The notes below the pieces were generated by a model. It was not told where the DNA came from, made no database searches, and saw only the letters and a list, made by a program, of their open reading frames with translations. A program made the position numbers and the translations under genes. Source: Chlamydiae bacterium RIFCSPHIGHO2_12_FULL_49_9 (GTDB lineage: Bacteria > Chlamydiota > Chlamydiia > Chlamydiales > SM23-39). From it: a stretch of DNA of 29,945 bases. The stretch is from the NCBI GenBank assembly GCA_001794935.1, contig MGLY01000019.1:7030-36974 (forward strand). Direction: 5' to 3'. This document shows, one piece after another, positions 8,828 through 17,004 of the stretch; within the stretch, counting starts at the first letter, position 1, and every line of letters starts with the position of its first letter.

Positions 8828-9735
8828 GAATAGTCTGGTGTTTCCTTCTGCTCGCCTCTCATCTTCAGGCAATCCCGCAGTATTATTGCACAGCGGCAGA
8901 CAGCGGCTATTTCAAGCCCCTCATGGGGCTTATCGGCAGCATCCATGAGTCCAATTTTGACGACTTGGGAGAGATTGCGGTTTTTGATATCGGCCTTAAA
9001 AAAGAGGAAATCTCTCAGCTTGAAAATATCCAAAAGGTGCGCGTTTACCGAGTCGATACAGACAATCCCGATGTGCTCCACTTTTTTTATCCACCGAATG
9101 CTAGAAAAACGCTCGGCTGGTATTCGTGGAAGCCGATGGTTGTAAAACAATCGCTCGATCTGTTCCCTTATGTTCTTTGGATCGACGCCGCAGCAACGGT
9201 TTTGCGCCCTCTGAATAACCTCTTTGAATCGATCGTTAAAAATCGATACTTCCTTGTGACCATCGGCGACGAGAGAAAAGCCGATGGCAGCCCCGTTCAT
9301 TCGGTCGATTGGCAAACAAATGGTTTTTTAAGAGAGAAATTTCAGCTCGAAAAAGAGGAGAACCGATGGATTCTATCCCAAGATTGCGTTACCTCATGCA
9401 TTGTGGGAGCATCCCGAGAGGCGTGGGATGATTTTGTGGGGGATTGGTTTGAGGCAACGAAGGACTTGAGGAATTTTATCGACGACGGCATTCCTTATGG
9501 GTATGGGTGCGCAAGACACGACCAAGCCGTTTTGACTCTGATCGCCTACACCAAAAAGTTAACCATTTTCGATCAGGATTTTACTCAAAAAAACCCGATT
9601 GCCCTCGGAGAGGATCTTTTTTATATCACCTGGCACCATCTCTTTGTCGACGCAAAGACTTCGGTTTATAGTTCGAGACAAGACCTTCGAGCAGTGCCCT
9701 ATTTCTCATCTCGCATTCGCCTTAATTCTTTTTAA
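8824..9735 (+). CDS. Exported DUF1647-like putative glycosyltransferase
   Basis: Signal peptide MRIVWCFLLLASHLQA. Motifs TAADS..F, VFDIGL, YSWKPMVV, VLWIDAA and RHDQAVL match the DUF1647 pattern as recalled. ATGA overlap with the SPFH gene. Confidence 0.65.
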   Translation: MRIVWCFLLLASHLQAIPQYYCTAADSGYFKPLMGLIGSIHESNFDDLGEIAVFDIGLKKEEISQLENIQKVRVYRVDTDNPDVLHFFYPPNARKTLGWYSWKPMVVKQSLDLFPYVLWIDAAATVLRPLNNLFESIVKNRYFLVTIGDERKADGSPVHSVDWQTNGFLREKFQLEKEENRWILSQDCVTSCIVGASREAWDDFVGDWFEATKDLRNFIDDGIPYGYGCARHDQAVLTLIAYTKKLTIFDQDFTQKNPIALGEDLFYITWHHLFVDAKTSVYSSRQDLRAVPYFSSRIRLNSF

Positions 9736-10405
9736 AGACGAGACAGCGCACTCCCATCGACTCTTCTCTGATCCACTCGCAGCGCTGCATTAGAAAGGTC
9801 GTCGCTTTATTTTTCGTCGGCAGATCAGCTTGATTGAGCCAGATATAGCCTCCCTTCTTTACCTTTGGGTAATAGAGAGTGACGTCTTGAAGGCTCCCTT
9901 CGGCAGAGCAGTTGCCGTCGATGTAGAGAAAATCGATCTGTCCATCTAAAAAGAGAGCTGCCGCCTCTTCAGACAGTCGTCGAACCGGGCAGCAGTAATC
10001 TGACAGTTTTCGTTGATTGATGAGAGAGATGAAGTAGTGATTGATATAATTCATATCGATTCCTATCTGGCTCCACCAAGAGAGATAGGGGTGATTCGGT
10101 TCGAATCCCTTTTGGACGGCTTCATTGTCCCAGGCGTCGATTGCATAAACAACTCCTTGGCCCAAAAAACTCAGAGTTTGCGCGATCGGGTAGGTGCTTG
10201 ACCCTCCGAATGCGCCGATCTCAACGGAAATCAGCGGCTTGATTTCATAGACGAGATCCATCAGGCGATCTGCTTGATCCTTGGAGCACCAACCAGGAAT
10301 AAGGGGAAGATCTCTGGAGATTGTGTCTTCCTTGAATCGATCCCAAGATTGAGGATAGGCGCAAAGAGACATCGCAGCGGCGAGGAGAACTATTAACCTT
10401 TTCAT
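9722..10405 (-). CDS. Exported class I SAM methyltransferase (Methyltransf_24-like)
   Basis: Signal peptide MKRLIVLLAAAMSLCA; VEIGAFGGSS, VYAIDAW, IDFLYIDGNCS, KVKKGGYIWLN. The usual DGxH and DD positions read DGNC and NQ. Confidence 0.8.
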   Translation of the reverse strand: MKRLIVLLAAAMSLCAYPQSWDRFKEDTISRDLPLIPGWCSKDQADRLMDLVYEIKPLISVEIGAFGGSSTYPIAQTLSFLGQGVVYAIDAWDNEAVQKGFEPNHPYLSWWSQIGIDMNYINHYFISLINQRKLSDYCCPVRRLSEEAAALFLDGQIDFLYIDGNCSAEGSLQDVTLYYPKVKKGGYIWLNQADLPTKNKATTFLMQRCEWIREESMGVRCLVFKKN

Positions 10406-10486
10406 AAAATCCTTTTGAAGAGGGAAACTTCTAGAGGTTTTTTGAATTTGTGTCTATGTTCTTCCGCCTTTCCTACAGGTGAAAGT

Positions 10487-11422
10487 ATGAAACGGATTTT
10501 TCTTCTTTTTCTTTTTGCAGTTTCTCTGCGCGCCAAGACGATCGATGTGATCACACACTTTATGGATGATCTTTTTCTCGATTATAAAATCATCCATAAG
10601 GCCGGATACCAGATCCGGGTTGGGGAGATTGAGGACTATTGGAGAGGGCGCTCTCCTTTTGCCGAAGATCTCCAAAAGATTCTCGTTTTCAACCCGTTTA
10701 AAAATTATAACGATCTGACCTATCTGCCAAAGGAGAAGCTCGTCCTATTCGTCTGGGAGCCGGTTCAGCCTCCCGCATGGTATTACAATGCGTTTTCCCG
10801 AGTTTATACCTGGGACGATGCGCTCATCGATCAGGTCAAATTCTTTAAGTTTTATTATCCCCATATGGTGCCGATGCTTGCAAACCTCCCTCTATTCGAA
10901 GAGAAAAAGTTCTGTGCGATGATTGCAACCAACATCACTTTCGAAAGAAGGAAAATGATCGAATTTTTTGAAACAAAGCCGGATGAAGATTTTGAGTTTT
11001 ATGGAGCTCCGAAAGGGGATTTTGGCAAGCACAAAAACTACCGGGGGCCAATTCCCGGCAAACACTCAGGTCCCGAGAAAATTGAGGTTTTGAAAAATTA
11101 CAAATTTTGCGTCTGTTTTGAAAATTGCCACCACTTGCAAGGCTATGTTACCGAGAAGATTTTCGGTTGCTTTGCTGCAGGGTGCATCCCGATCTACTGG
11201 GGGGCTCCCAATATTGATAGCTATGTGCCGAGAGATTGCTACATCGACTATCGGGATTTTGCGAGCAAAGAACACCTCTACTACTATCTCAAAATGATGA
11301 CAAAAGAGGTCTATGAGCAGTATTTAAGCCGCATCCGCACCTATCTCAAAAGTCACAAGGCAGCCCTTTTTTCAAGAGAGTATTTTGAAAAAATCATCTG
11401 CGAGGCAGCCTCTAGCCATTAA
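10487..11422 (+). CDS. Exported GT10 (alpha-1,3/4-fucosyltransferase-like) glycosyltransferase
   Basis: GT10 motif KIEVLKNYKFCVCFEN..GYVTEKIFGCFAAGCIPIYWGAPNI..YIDYRDF. Signal peptide MKRIFLLFLFAVSLRA from ATG 10487. Confidence 0.9.
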   Translation: MKRIFLLFLFAVSLRAKTIDVITHFMDDLFLDYKIIHKAGYQIRVGEIEDYWRGRSPFAEDLQKILVFNPFKNYNDLTYLPKEKLVLFVWEPVQPPAWYYNAFSRVYTWDDALIDQVKFFKFYYPHMVPMLANLPLFEEKKFCAMIATNITFERRKMIEFFETKPDEDFEFYGAPKGDFGKHKNYRGPIPGKHSGPEKIEVLKNYKFCVCFENCHHLQGYVTEKIFGCFAAGCIPIYWGAPNIDSYVPRDCYIDYRDFASKEHLYYYLKMMTKEVYEQYLSRIRTYLKSHKAALFSREYFEKIICEAASSH

Positions 11423-12369
11423 TCGAGGAGCCTCTCGTGCGTGTCCGAGAGGCTCGGGACTGACGTGACGAGAAGATAACGGAGAGTGTAGAGGCGTATA
11501 TTGGGAACGAGGGCGATCTCGTGATCGATCGGCACGAACATTCCATGTTCTTTTTCAAATTGCAATATTTTTTCGATACCTGAGCGCCGAATGATCATCG
11601 AATGGGTTCTCATACGGCTGCCGATTTTTAGAAAATCGTTGCTGACGATCGTTCGTTTTGTGAGCTCGAACGGATTCGGAGGGGGAAGATCGGGTCTCCA
11701 GAAAAGATCCATTCGAAGCCCCCGGAGGTTGCTTTGAAAGTCGTTTTTTTCAGAGTAGATCCAGTAATCTTGGGTGTCGATATCGGTGTAAAGGACATCC
11801 CACCCCTCTTTGCCAACCAGCTCATCGAGCTTATCGATGAGATCGGCTAGATAGTGGGGGGTCGCTTTCACTGAGATATCATCTTCCAGAACCCAAATGG
11901 TCTCATAGCCTGAGTCATAGGCGTCTTGAAGAACCGATAAATGACTTAAGCTGCAACCGATCGCTCCAAGAGATGTGCAAGGAGAGAAAAAGGTGTTTCC
12001 GAAGCTCGATTCTCGAAGAAATTCAAACTCTCTTTCCCTGTTTTTCCGGTTCGGATACTGAATGGCCCACTGATAGAGCTCCATCCCGGGAGCAAATTTT
12101 ACCCCCACGTCATCGAGAACTTCTTTCGGAAGACCCCAACCGTACACTGCCGGCAATCGATGGGGGATGATCCCGTAGGTTTCGAGCTCTTTTAAAGAGA
12201 GGGCGAGCTTTTCAGGCCTTTGGTCGAGATTGATGAGATAAATGAAGTCGACGTTTCGGATCTGCTTCCCTTCAGATTTATTTTCTACTTTTCTAAAGCG
12301 CTTTTCCATTTCAGAGGCGCCTAGAGCGCTGCACAAAAGAACGAAGGCAAAAAAAACCGACTGTTTCAT
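11419..12369 (-). CDS. Exported GT25-family glycosyltransferase
   Basis: YLINLDQRPEK, RLPAVYG, GAIGCSLSHLSVL, IWVLEDD, PIDH. Signal peptide MKQSVFFAFVLLCSALGA. Confidence 0.88.
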   Translation of the reverse strand: MKQSVFFAFVLLCSALGASEMEKRFRKVENKSEGKQIRNVDFIYLINLDQRPEKLALSLKELETYGIIPHRLPAVYGWGLPKEVLDDVGVKFAPGMELYQWAIQYPNRKNREREFEFLRESSFGNTFFSPCTSLGAIGCSLSHLSVLQDAYDSGYETIWVLEDDISVKATPHYLADLIDKLDELVGKEGWDVLYTDIDTQDYWIYSEKNDFQSNLRGLRMDLFWRPDLPPPNPFELTKRTIVSNDFLKIGSRMRTHSMIIRRSGIEKILQFEKEHGMFVPIDHEIALVPNIRLYTLRYLLVTSVPSLSDTHERLLD

Positions 12370-12435
12370 TGACGAAAACGCTTTTTTTTTAAAGGGGTGT
12401 GGTTATACCCTTTTTCGCCAAATGAGGTCAAAGAA

Positions 12436-13299
12436 ATGAAACAACTTTTGCCCTTTCTCTTGATTTTTTCCTCTCTCTTTGGGGAGTGGGAAAAAGCGAA
12501 CTACAACTTTTCTCCCGAGCCGATCGATGTCGTGATCCCTTGCGCCCCAAAGGACGCGCCCCTTTTAGAGCTTTGTATTCAGAGGATTCGATTGCACGGA
12601 AAGAATATCCGGAGGGTGATCGTCGTTTCGAAAGAGCCGCTTACGGACTCTGCAGAGTGGTTTAACGAATTGGACTATCCGTTTACTAAAGAAGATGTGG
12701 CGTTGGAGATTTTTAAAGAAGATCGGAAGGCCTCAGCCGCTTTTTTGGATCACCCGAAAACGAGAATCGGCTGGATGCTGCAGCAGCTATTCAAGCTCTA
12801 TGCTCCTTTTGTGATCCCCGGCATCTCATCGAATGTCCTTGTGTTGGATGCTGATGTTCTTTTTGTTCAGCCAACAGTTTTTATGACTGATAGCGGAAAT
12901 CCTCTTTTTGCTCTTGCCATCGAATATAACCCCGAATATTTCCATCACGCCTCTCGGCTCTTGCCTGGTTTTAAGAGAGTGGGCGGCTATTCGGGAATAG
13001 CCCACCACATGCTATTTCAAAGGGCTGTCCTCGAGGATCTCTTCCAAAACATCAAAGATATTCACAGAGTAGAGCCTTGGAGAGCGATCTGCCGTGCGGT
13101 CGATTTAAAAAGTGTTTTTCTCTCTCCTTTTTCCGAATATGAGATCTACTTTAACTTCATTTTAAAAAAGAGCGATCAGGCTATTTTGCGCTATCTGCCC
13201 TTCATCGACATCGACTCGATTGAAAAGGCATCTCTTTTTCACGATCCGGGATATGTATTTGTCACATCCCACTCCTACAACAGGAAAAACCATGAATAA
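12436..13299 (+). CDS. Exported GT-A fold protein (DUF6492-like)
   Basis: IDVVIP..KD..LLELCI, GWMLQQLFKL, LVLDADV (DxD), FSEYEIYFNF. Signal peptide MKQLLPFLLIFSSLFG; GAGGT upstream of ATG 12436. Confidence 0.7.
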   Translation: MKQLLPFLLIFSSLFGEWEKANYNFSPEPIDVVIPCAPKDAPLLELCIQRIRLHGKNIRRVIVVSKEPLTDSAEWFNELDYPFTKEDVALEIFKEDRKASAAFLDHPKTRIGWMLQQLFKLYAPFVIPGISSNVLVLDADVLFVQPTVFMTDSGNPLFALAIEYNPEYFHHASRLLPGFKRVGGYSGIAHHMLFQRAVLEDLFQNIKDIHRVEPWRAICRAVDLKSVFLSPFSEYEIYFNFILKKSDQAILRYLPFIDIDSIEKASLFHDPGYVFVTSHSYNRKNHE

Positions 13300-13939
13300 A
13301 TGTCTTTTTCTATACTTAAGTTTTTCCCTTTTTGCTGAAGATCTTCACGAGGAGGTATTCTCCCATATTTATCGAAACAAAATCTGGGGGGTGAATGGAG
13401 AAGGGGAGGGGGGTTCCGGCGGCGGGTCTCTTCTGGAAAATGTTCAGCCCTACATGAGATATCTCGAAAAATTCATGAGAGAAAATGAGATCCGAAGCGT
13501 TGTCGATGCCGGGTGCGGCGATTGGGAATTTTCAAAATACATCGATTGGGAAGGGATCGACTATTTAGGCCTGGATGTTGTCCTTTTTGTCATTGAGAAA
13601 AACCAAAAGAGATACGGAAAATCCCACATTCGATTTGCCCACGCAAACTTTTTGACGGCGGACTTGCCGAAGGCCGATCTTTTTATCTGCAAGCATGTGT
13701 TTCAGCACCTGACGAACCGAGATATTTTGGCTTTTTTACCCAAGCTTTCCAAGTTTAAATACTGTTTGATTACAAATGAGGTGGATCCCCGTACTTTTTC
13801 GAGCGACAATCCCGATATCGATGTGGGGGGAGGGCATAAGATCGATCTCTCCCGCTCTCCTTTTTTCATTCAGGGAACAAAAATTCTCAATTTCTACATT
13901 GGAAGCTCGCTCCATCAAGTGTTTTTGATAAAAAATTAG
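13292..13939 (+). CDS. Exported class I SAM methyltransferase
   Basis: F..IY.NKIWG...SGGGS, SVVDAGCGDW, YLGLDVV, ADLFICKHVFQHL. Signal peptide MNKCLFLYLSFSLFA from ATG 13292. Confidence 0.85.
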   Translation: MNKCLFLYLSFSLFAEDLHEEVFSHIYRNKIWGVNGEGEGGSGGGSLLENVQPYMRYLEKFMRENEIRSVVDAGCGDWEFSKYIDWEGIDYLGLDVVLFVIEKNQKRYGKSHIRFAHANFLTADLPKADLFICKHVFQHLTNRDILAFLPKLSKFKYCLITNEVDPRTFSSDNPDIDVGGGHKIDLSRSPFFIQGTKILNFYIGSSLHQVFLIKN

Positions 13940-14940
13940 TGAATGGGAACGACGATTTTGATCGGCTGCGGGAATTTTAGGTCGACATTCATTTGAAGAA
14001 GGATCTTGTCGATTAAGACTTGATTTTGAGTTCCTCGTTTAAAGTGGTAGGGCGACGCAACAATCTGGTAGGGAAATAGCTTCGATGCCATGAGGCTGTA
14101 ACTTGAATCGCTTCGGATTAAACAGTCGAACTGCGCCATCGAGAAAAAATCCTCGAGAACATTTCTATTCGGGGTATTCCCGAGTTTTCGACAATCAAAC
14201 TCGATATCGAGCCCCTTGCAGCTTGCCGCAAATAGCGCGAGGATAGCTGCCGGATTTGAGTAGTCGGTAAATAGATAGACATAGAGGGGTTTTGGGATGT
14301 TTTTAGCGAGGAGATGAAGGGCATTGATGTAGTAGGCGGGAGGAGGGCCTTTCATCGGCCAGAGCGCTGTGAACCTGGCCCATGAAGATTCTTCTCCCTC
14401 GCCCGTTCTCACATGGACTGCAACCGTCATGCAGTCCGCCGGCAGATCGAACTTTGGGATAGGGATCAGGGGAGCGATTTCCCTCTGAAGTTGCGCTGAG
14501 AATTTGGGATCATCCCAGTTGACTTGGGTCCAGACAGGAAAACAATTCGGCGTATCAAAATCCTGAGACGTTTCTGGATAAAAAGGGATGTCGATTCGAA
14601 TCGGTCCCCTCTCTGAATCTATATTCCAAAGATTTAAAAAATCTCCCTCTGATTGAAGGGTCAAAACTCTCTCTATCGATGCTTGGGGGGGGAGGGTTCG
14701 ATCGAGAGCGAGGAGATGGGAATAGGGAAATGGGGTGTAGATAAGGGGGACGTCGAGGATGTAAGAAATCCACTTCCCATGAGCGTAAGCCAAAAGATTA
14801 TCTCCAAAGCGGCCGCCGCTTAAAGTGTAAGAAACAGCAGACCCTTCTCCCAATTCTGCCTCTAGAAATGGGCAGTTTAAAAAGATTAAAAGGGCAAAGA
14901 GAGTTGAACCTAAAATTTTAGTGAGATAGGTTCTTCTCAT
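13936..14940 (-). CDS. Exported GT11 (alpha-1,2-fucosyltransferase)-like protein
   Basis: GGRFGDNLLAYA (cf. GRLGNQLFQYA), VAVHVRTG (cf. HVRRGD), YYINAL and DFFSMAQFDCLIRSDSSYS (cf. D..LMS.C.H.IIANSSFS). N-terminal signal peptide. Confidence 0.65.
   Translation of the reverse strand: MRRTYLTKILGSTLFALLIFLNCPFLEAELGEGSAVSYTLSGGRFGDNLLAYAHGKWISYILDVPLIYTPFPYSHLLALDRTLPPQASIERVLTLQSEGDFLNLWNIDSERGPIRIDIPFYPETSQDFDTPNCFPVWTQVNWDDPKFSAQLQREIAPLIPIPKFDLPADCMTVAVHVRTGEGEESSWARFTALWPMKGPPPAYYINALHLLAKNIPKPLYVYLFTDYSNPAAILALFAASCKGLDIEFDCRKLGNTPNRNVLEDFFSMAQFDCLIRSDSSYSLMASKLFPYQIVASPYHFKRGTQNQVLIDKILLQMNVDLKFPQPIKIVVPIH
14906..14933 (-). mobile_element. 28-bp internally deleted derivative of the 17005-17173 palindromic element
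   Basis: Minus strand AAGAACCTATCTCACTAAAATTTT matches the element left end plus flank at 23/24 nt, then fuses to AGGTTCAA (right end plus flank). Flanked by AA/AA like the full copy. Confidence 0.7.
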
Positions 14941-15806
14941 TTTGTTCTATAAGAGTCGATGAGATGCGTCCAATAATCGAGGCGAAGAGGCTCGAGCGAA
15001 AAAGTTTTTTTCGAGAGCTCTTCATATTTTTGATTCAAAAATTCCTCTGTAACGCTCTCCCAATGATCGATCAAAACAACCGGTAGACCTTCATAGACCG
15101 CATCGATAGTCGATCTTTTTACGATTGGATAGGCGCCGAGATAAAGAGACTCCCAGAGACGGTGGGTGTCAATGCCGTTGCCCCTTGGGCTCAATACGAA
15201 CTTTGAATCGGCCAAATCTCTTAGGTAAGCAGCGAAATTTTTGCCCTGCGAGCTATAGCAAAAGGGAGCGCTTGAGAAAAGCCTCCAGACATCCGCTCTT
15301 TCTAAAAAGTAGTTGCTGACAGTCAAATTGTAATAGAGGAGATGTGTTTTTGGCCCTACTTTGGTCCACTCGATCAGCTCCGCTTTTCCGTGAGGCCATT
15401 CATAGTTGGCGATTCCGATGGGAATCGGATGGAGCTTGGGATGATTTGCCCATTCGATATTCATCGCAAACCAAGCGATGAGTTTGGGATCCTCGAGATA
15501 CTCTCCCCATGATCTGGGCGCCCCATAGTCTGAATTGTGAGTGATGAGAATATAGCGATGTTGAATTTGTGGATGGAAATATTGAAAGAAATGACCTGTA
15601 TAATCGGTTTTTACAAAAATCACGCTCCCTTCAAAAACTTCCTTCGGAACAATCGTGTTTTGATGCTCGTCAAAGACAAAGTCGGCAAAGACTCTAAATC
15701 CATCCCCCGAGATAAAAGGGGGGAAAGCCCTTCGATTGTGAACATGCTCCGGGAAGGGAACCCCAAAAACAAATAAGGGGAAAAGGAGGAGCGCAAGATA
15801 TGCCAC
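14937..15806 (-). CDS. Exported exostosin/GT47-like glycosyltransferase
   Basis: YILITHNSD, HPKLHPIPIGIAN and YLRDLADSKFVLSPRGNGIDTHRLWESLYLGAYPIV (exostosin-like C-terminal motif). Signal peptide MAYLALLLFPLFVFG. Confidence 0.7.
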   Translation of the reverse strand: MAYLALLLFPLFVFGVPFPEHVHNRRAFPPFISGDGFRVFADFVFDEHQNTIVPKEVFEGSVIFVKTDYTGHFFQYFHPQIQHRYILITHNSDYGAPRSWGEYLEDPKLIAWFAMNIEWANHPKLHPIPIGIANYEWPHGKAELIEWTKVGPKTHLLYYNLTVSNYFLERADVWRLFSSAPFCYSSQGKNFAAYLRDLADSKFVLSPRGNGIDTHRLWESLYLGAYPIVKRSTIDAVYEGLPVVLIDHWESVTEEFLNQKYEELSKKTFSLEPLRLDYWTHLIDSYRTK

Positions 15807-15807
15807 T

Positions 15808-15882
15808 TCAGGATCTCTTGATATTATTTGGGTACTTGCCCAGATCTCCTCCGGATTCGAAAAAAAAGAGGAGAGAGAGCAT
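15808..15882 (-). pseudogene. 24-codon remnant of an internally deleted paralog of the 17180-17764 methyltransferase
   Basis: Reads MLSLLFFFESGGDLGKYPNNIKRS*. FESGGDLGKYPNNI versus FEPGGDAGEYPNNI is 11/14 identical. Same RBS context (AAGAGGAATCA-ATG vs AAGAGGAACGA-ATG) and near-identical promoter. Confidence 0.8.
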
Positions 15883-15919
15883 TGATTCCTCTTGAGAGGT
15901 TTTCTTAAAAAGATCTGAG

Positions 15920-15948
15920 ACTATAAGATTTAAATCCGTTGTTGTCAA
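15920..15948 (-). promoter_or_regulatory. sigma66/sigma70-type promoter TTGACA-17-TATAGT
   Basis: Minus strand -35 at 15948-15943 and -10 at 15925-15920, with a 17-nt spacer. Confidence 0.8.
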
Positions 15949-15970
15949 AAATTTCTTTCGCCTCTACAGT
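15942..15970 (+). promoter_or_regulatory. sigma66/sigma70-type promoter TTGTCA-17-TACAGT
   Basis: -35 at 15942-15947 and -10 at 15965-15970, 24 nt upstream of ATG 15995. Its -35 overlaps that of the divergent promoter. Confidence 0.65.
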
Positions 15971-15994
15971 ATGCCGCTTTCTGGAGGAAAAATA

Positions 15995-16972
15995 ATGCTT
16001 CGATTGGCTCTATTCTTGTTTATGGCAACGGCTCTCTTTGGCCAATCGTTCGTGTTTGTGCATATCGGGCCGAATATGCCTGCCTATTTAGCATCCGCAA
16101 TCCGCCAAGTGAGGCTCTTCAATAAAGAGTGGCCGATTTATGTCATTGCTCCGAAAGATGAGTTAAAAAAGCTCCCGTCGGGCCTTTTTCACACTTCCGT
16201 CCCGATTGAAACGGTTCCGATCAGCCCGGAGCACGAACGATTTCATGCTGAAGGGGTTCAGTCGGGATTTTGGAGATACACGACAGAGAGATTTTTCTAT
16301 CTTGAGTCGTTTATCAAACAAAATGAGATGAAAGACGTCTTTCATTTGGAAAACGATATCATGCTCTATTGCGACGTCAGCAAAATGCTTCCCGTTTTTC
16401 AGACTTATTATCGAGGGATGATCGGAGGAACTTTTGACAATGACACCCGATGTATCGCAGGTTTTGTCTATATATCGGGATCAGCGCCTCTTGAAAAATT
16501 CGTTCGCTACGTCGCTGAAATGGCAAGATTCGGTGCGAATGACATGATTTTGCTCGGAAATTTCAGAAACGCATATCACAGAGTCTATGCTGAGTATTTG
16601 CCGGTTATTTTGCCGAACTATGATCTCCCTTTTCAAAATGCTCTCGGCTCTAAAGCTCGAAATCCGGCGCTCTATTATACCTGTTTTGAGCAGTTTGGTT
16701 CGATTTTCGATGCGGCGGCCTTTGGTCAATACATCGGCGGAAATGATCCAATTCACCCAAAAGCCAGGCCCGGGTTTATCAGTGAAAGTTCCATCTTCAA
16801 TCCGTCGCTTTTTGGATTTGAGTGGGAAAAAGATGATGAGGGGAGACAAGTTCCCTATGTCTCTTATAAGGATCAACGCTGCAGGCTGAACAATCTGCAC
16901 GTCCACTGCAAAAATTTAGGGGCCTTTTCTTCGCTTAACAGCCAGATGCCGACACTCGGACTTCACAGGTAA
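15995..16972 (+). CDS. Exported hypothetical protein, putative GT-A glycosyltransferase
   Basis: GGAGG RBS; signal peptide MLRLALFLFMATALFG. Motifs FWRYTTERFFYL, VFHLENDIMLY (ExD), FDAAAFGQYIGG, LNNLHVHCK. Confidence 0.55.
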   Translation: MLRLALFLFMATALFGQSFVFVHIGPNMPAYLASAIRQVRLFNKEWPIYVIAPKDELKKLPSGLFHTSVPIETVPISPEHERFHAEGVQSGFWRYTTERFFYLESFIKQNEMKDVFHLENDIMLYCDVSKMLPVFQTYYRGMIGGTFDNDTRCIAGFVYISGSAPLEKFVRYVAEMARFGANDMILLGNFRNAYHRVYAEYLPVILPNYDLPFQNALGSKARNPALYYTCFEQFGSIFDAAAFGQYIGGNDPIHPKARPGFISESSIFNPSLFGFEWEKDDEGRQVPYVSYKDQRCRLNNLHVHCKNLGAFSSLNSQMPTLGLHR

Positions 16973-17002
16973 AAAAAGGGGGCAAGGAAGAACTCTTGTC
17001 CC
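16971..17002 (-). terminator. Possible intrinsic terminator between convergent genes
   Basis: 8-bp stem GGGGCAAG/CTTGTCCC (one non-Watson-Crick pair) with an 8-nt loop, followed by a 7-T tract on the minus strand. Confidence 0.45.
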
Positions 17003-17004
17003 AA

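Noticed and set aside
14685-14692. G8 tract in the GT11-like gene (and T9 at 12382-12390, A8 at 12349-12356) as phase-variation switches
   Set aside because: The tracts are short and the genes are in frame. An equal G8 run occurs in the unrelated large gene (3854-3861), so there is no specific support.
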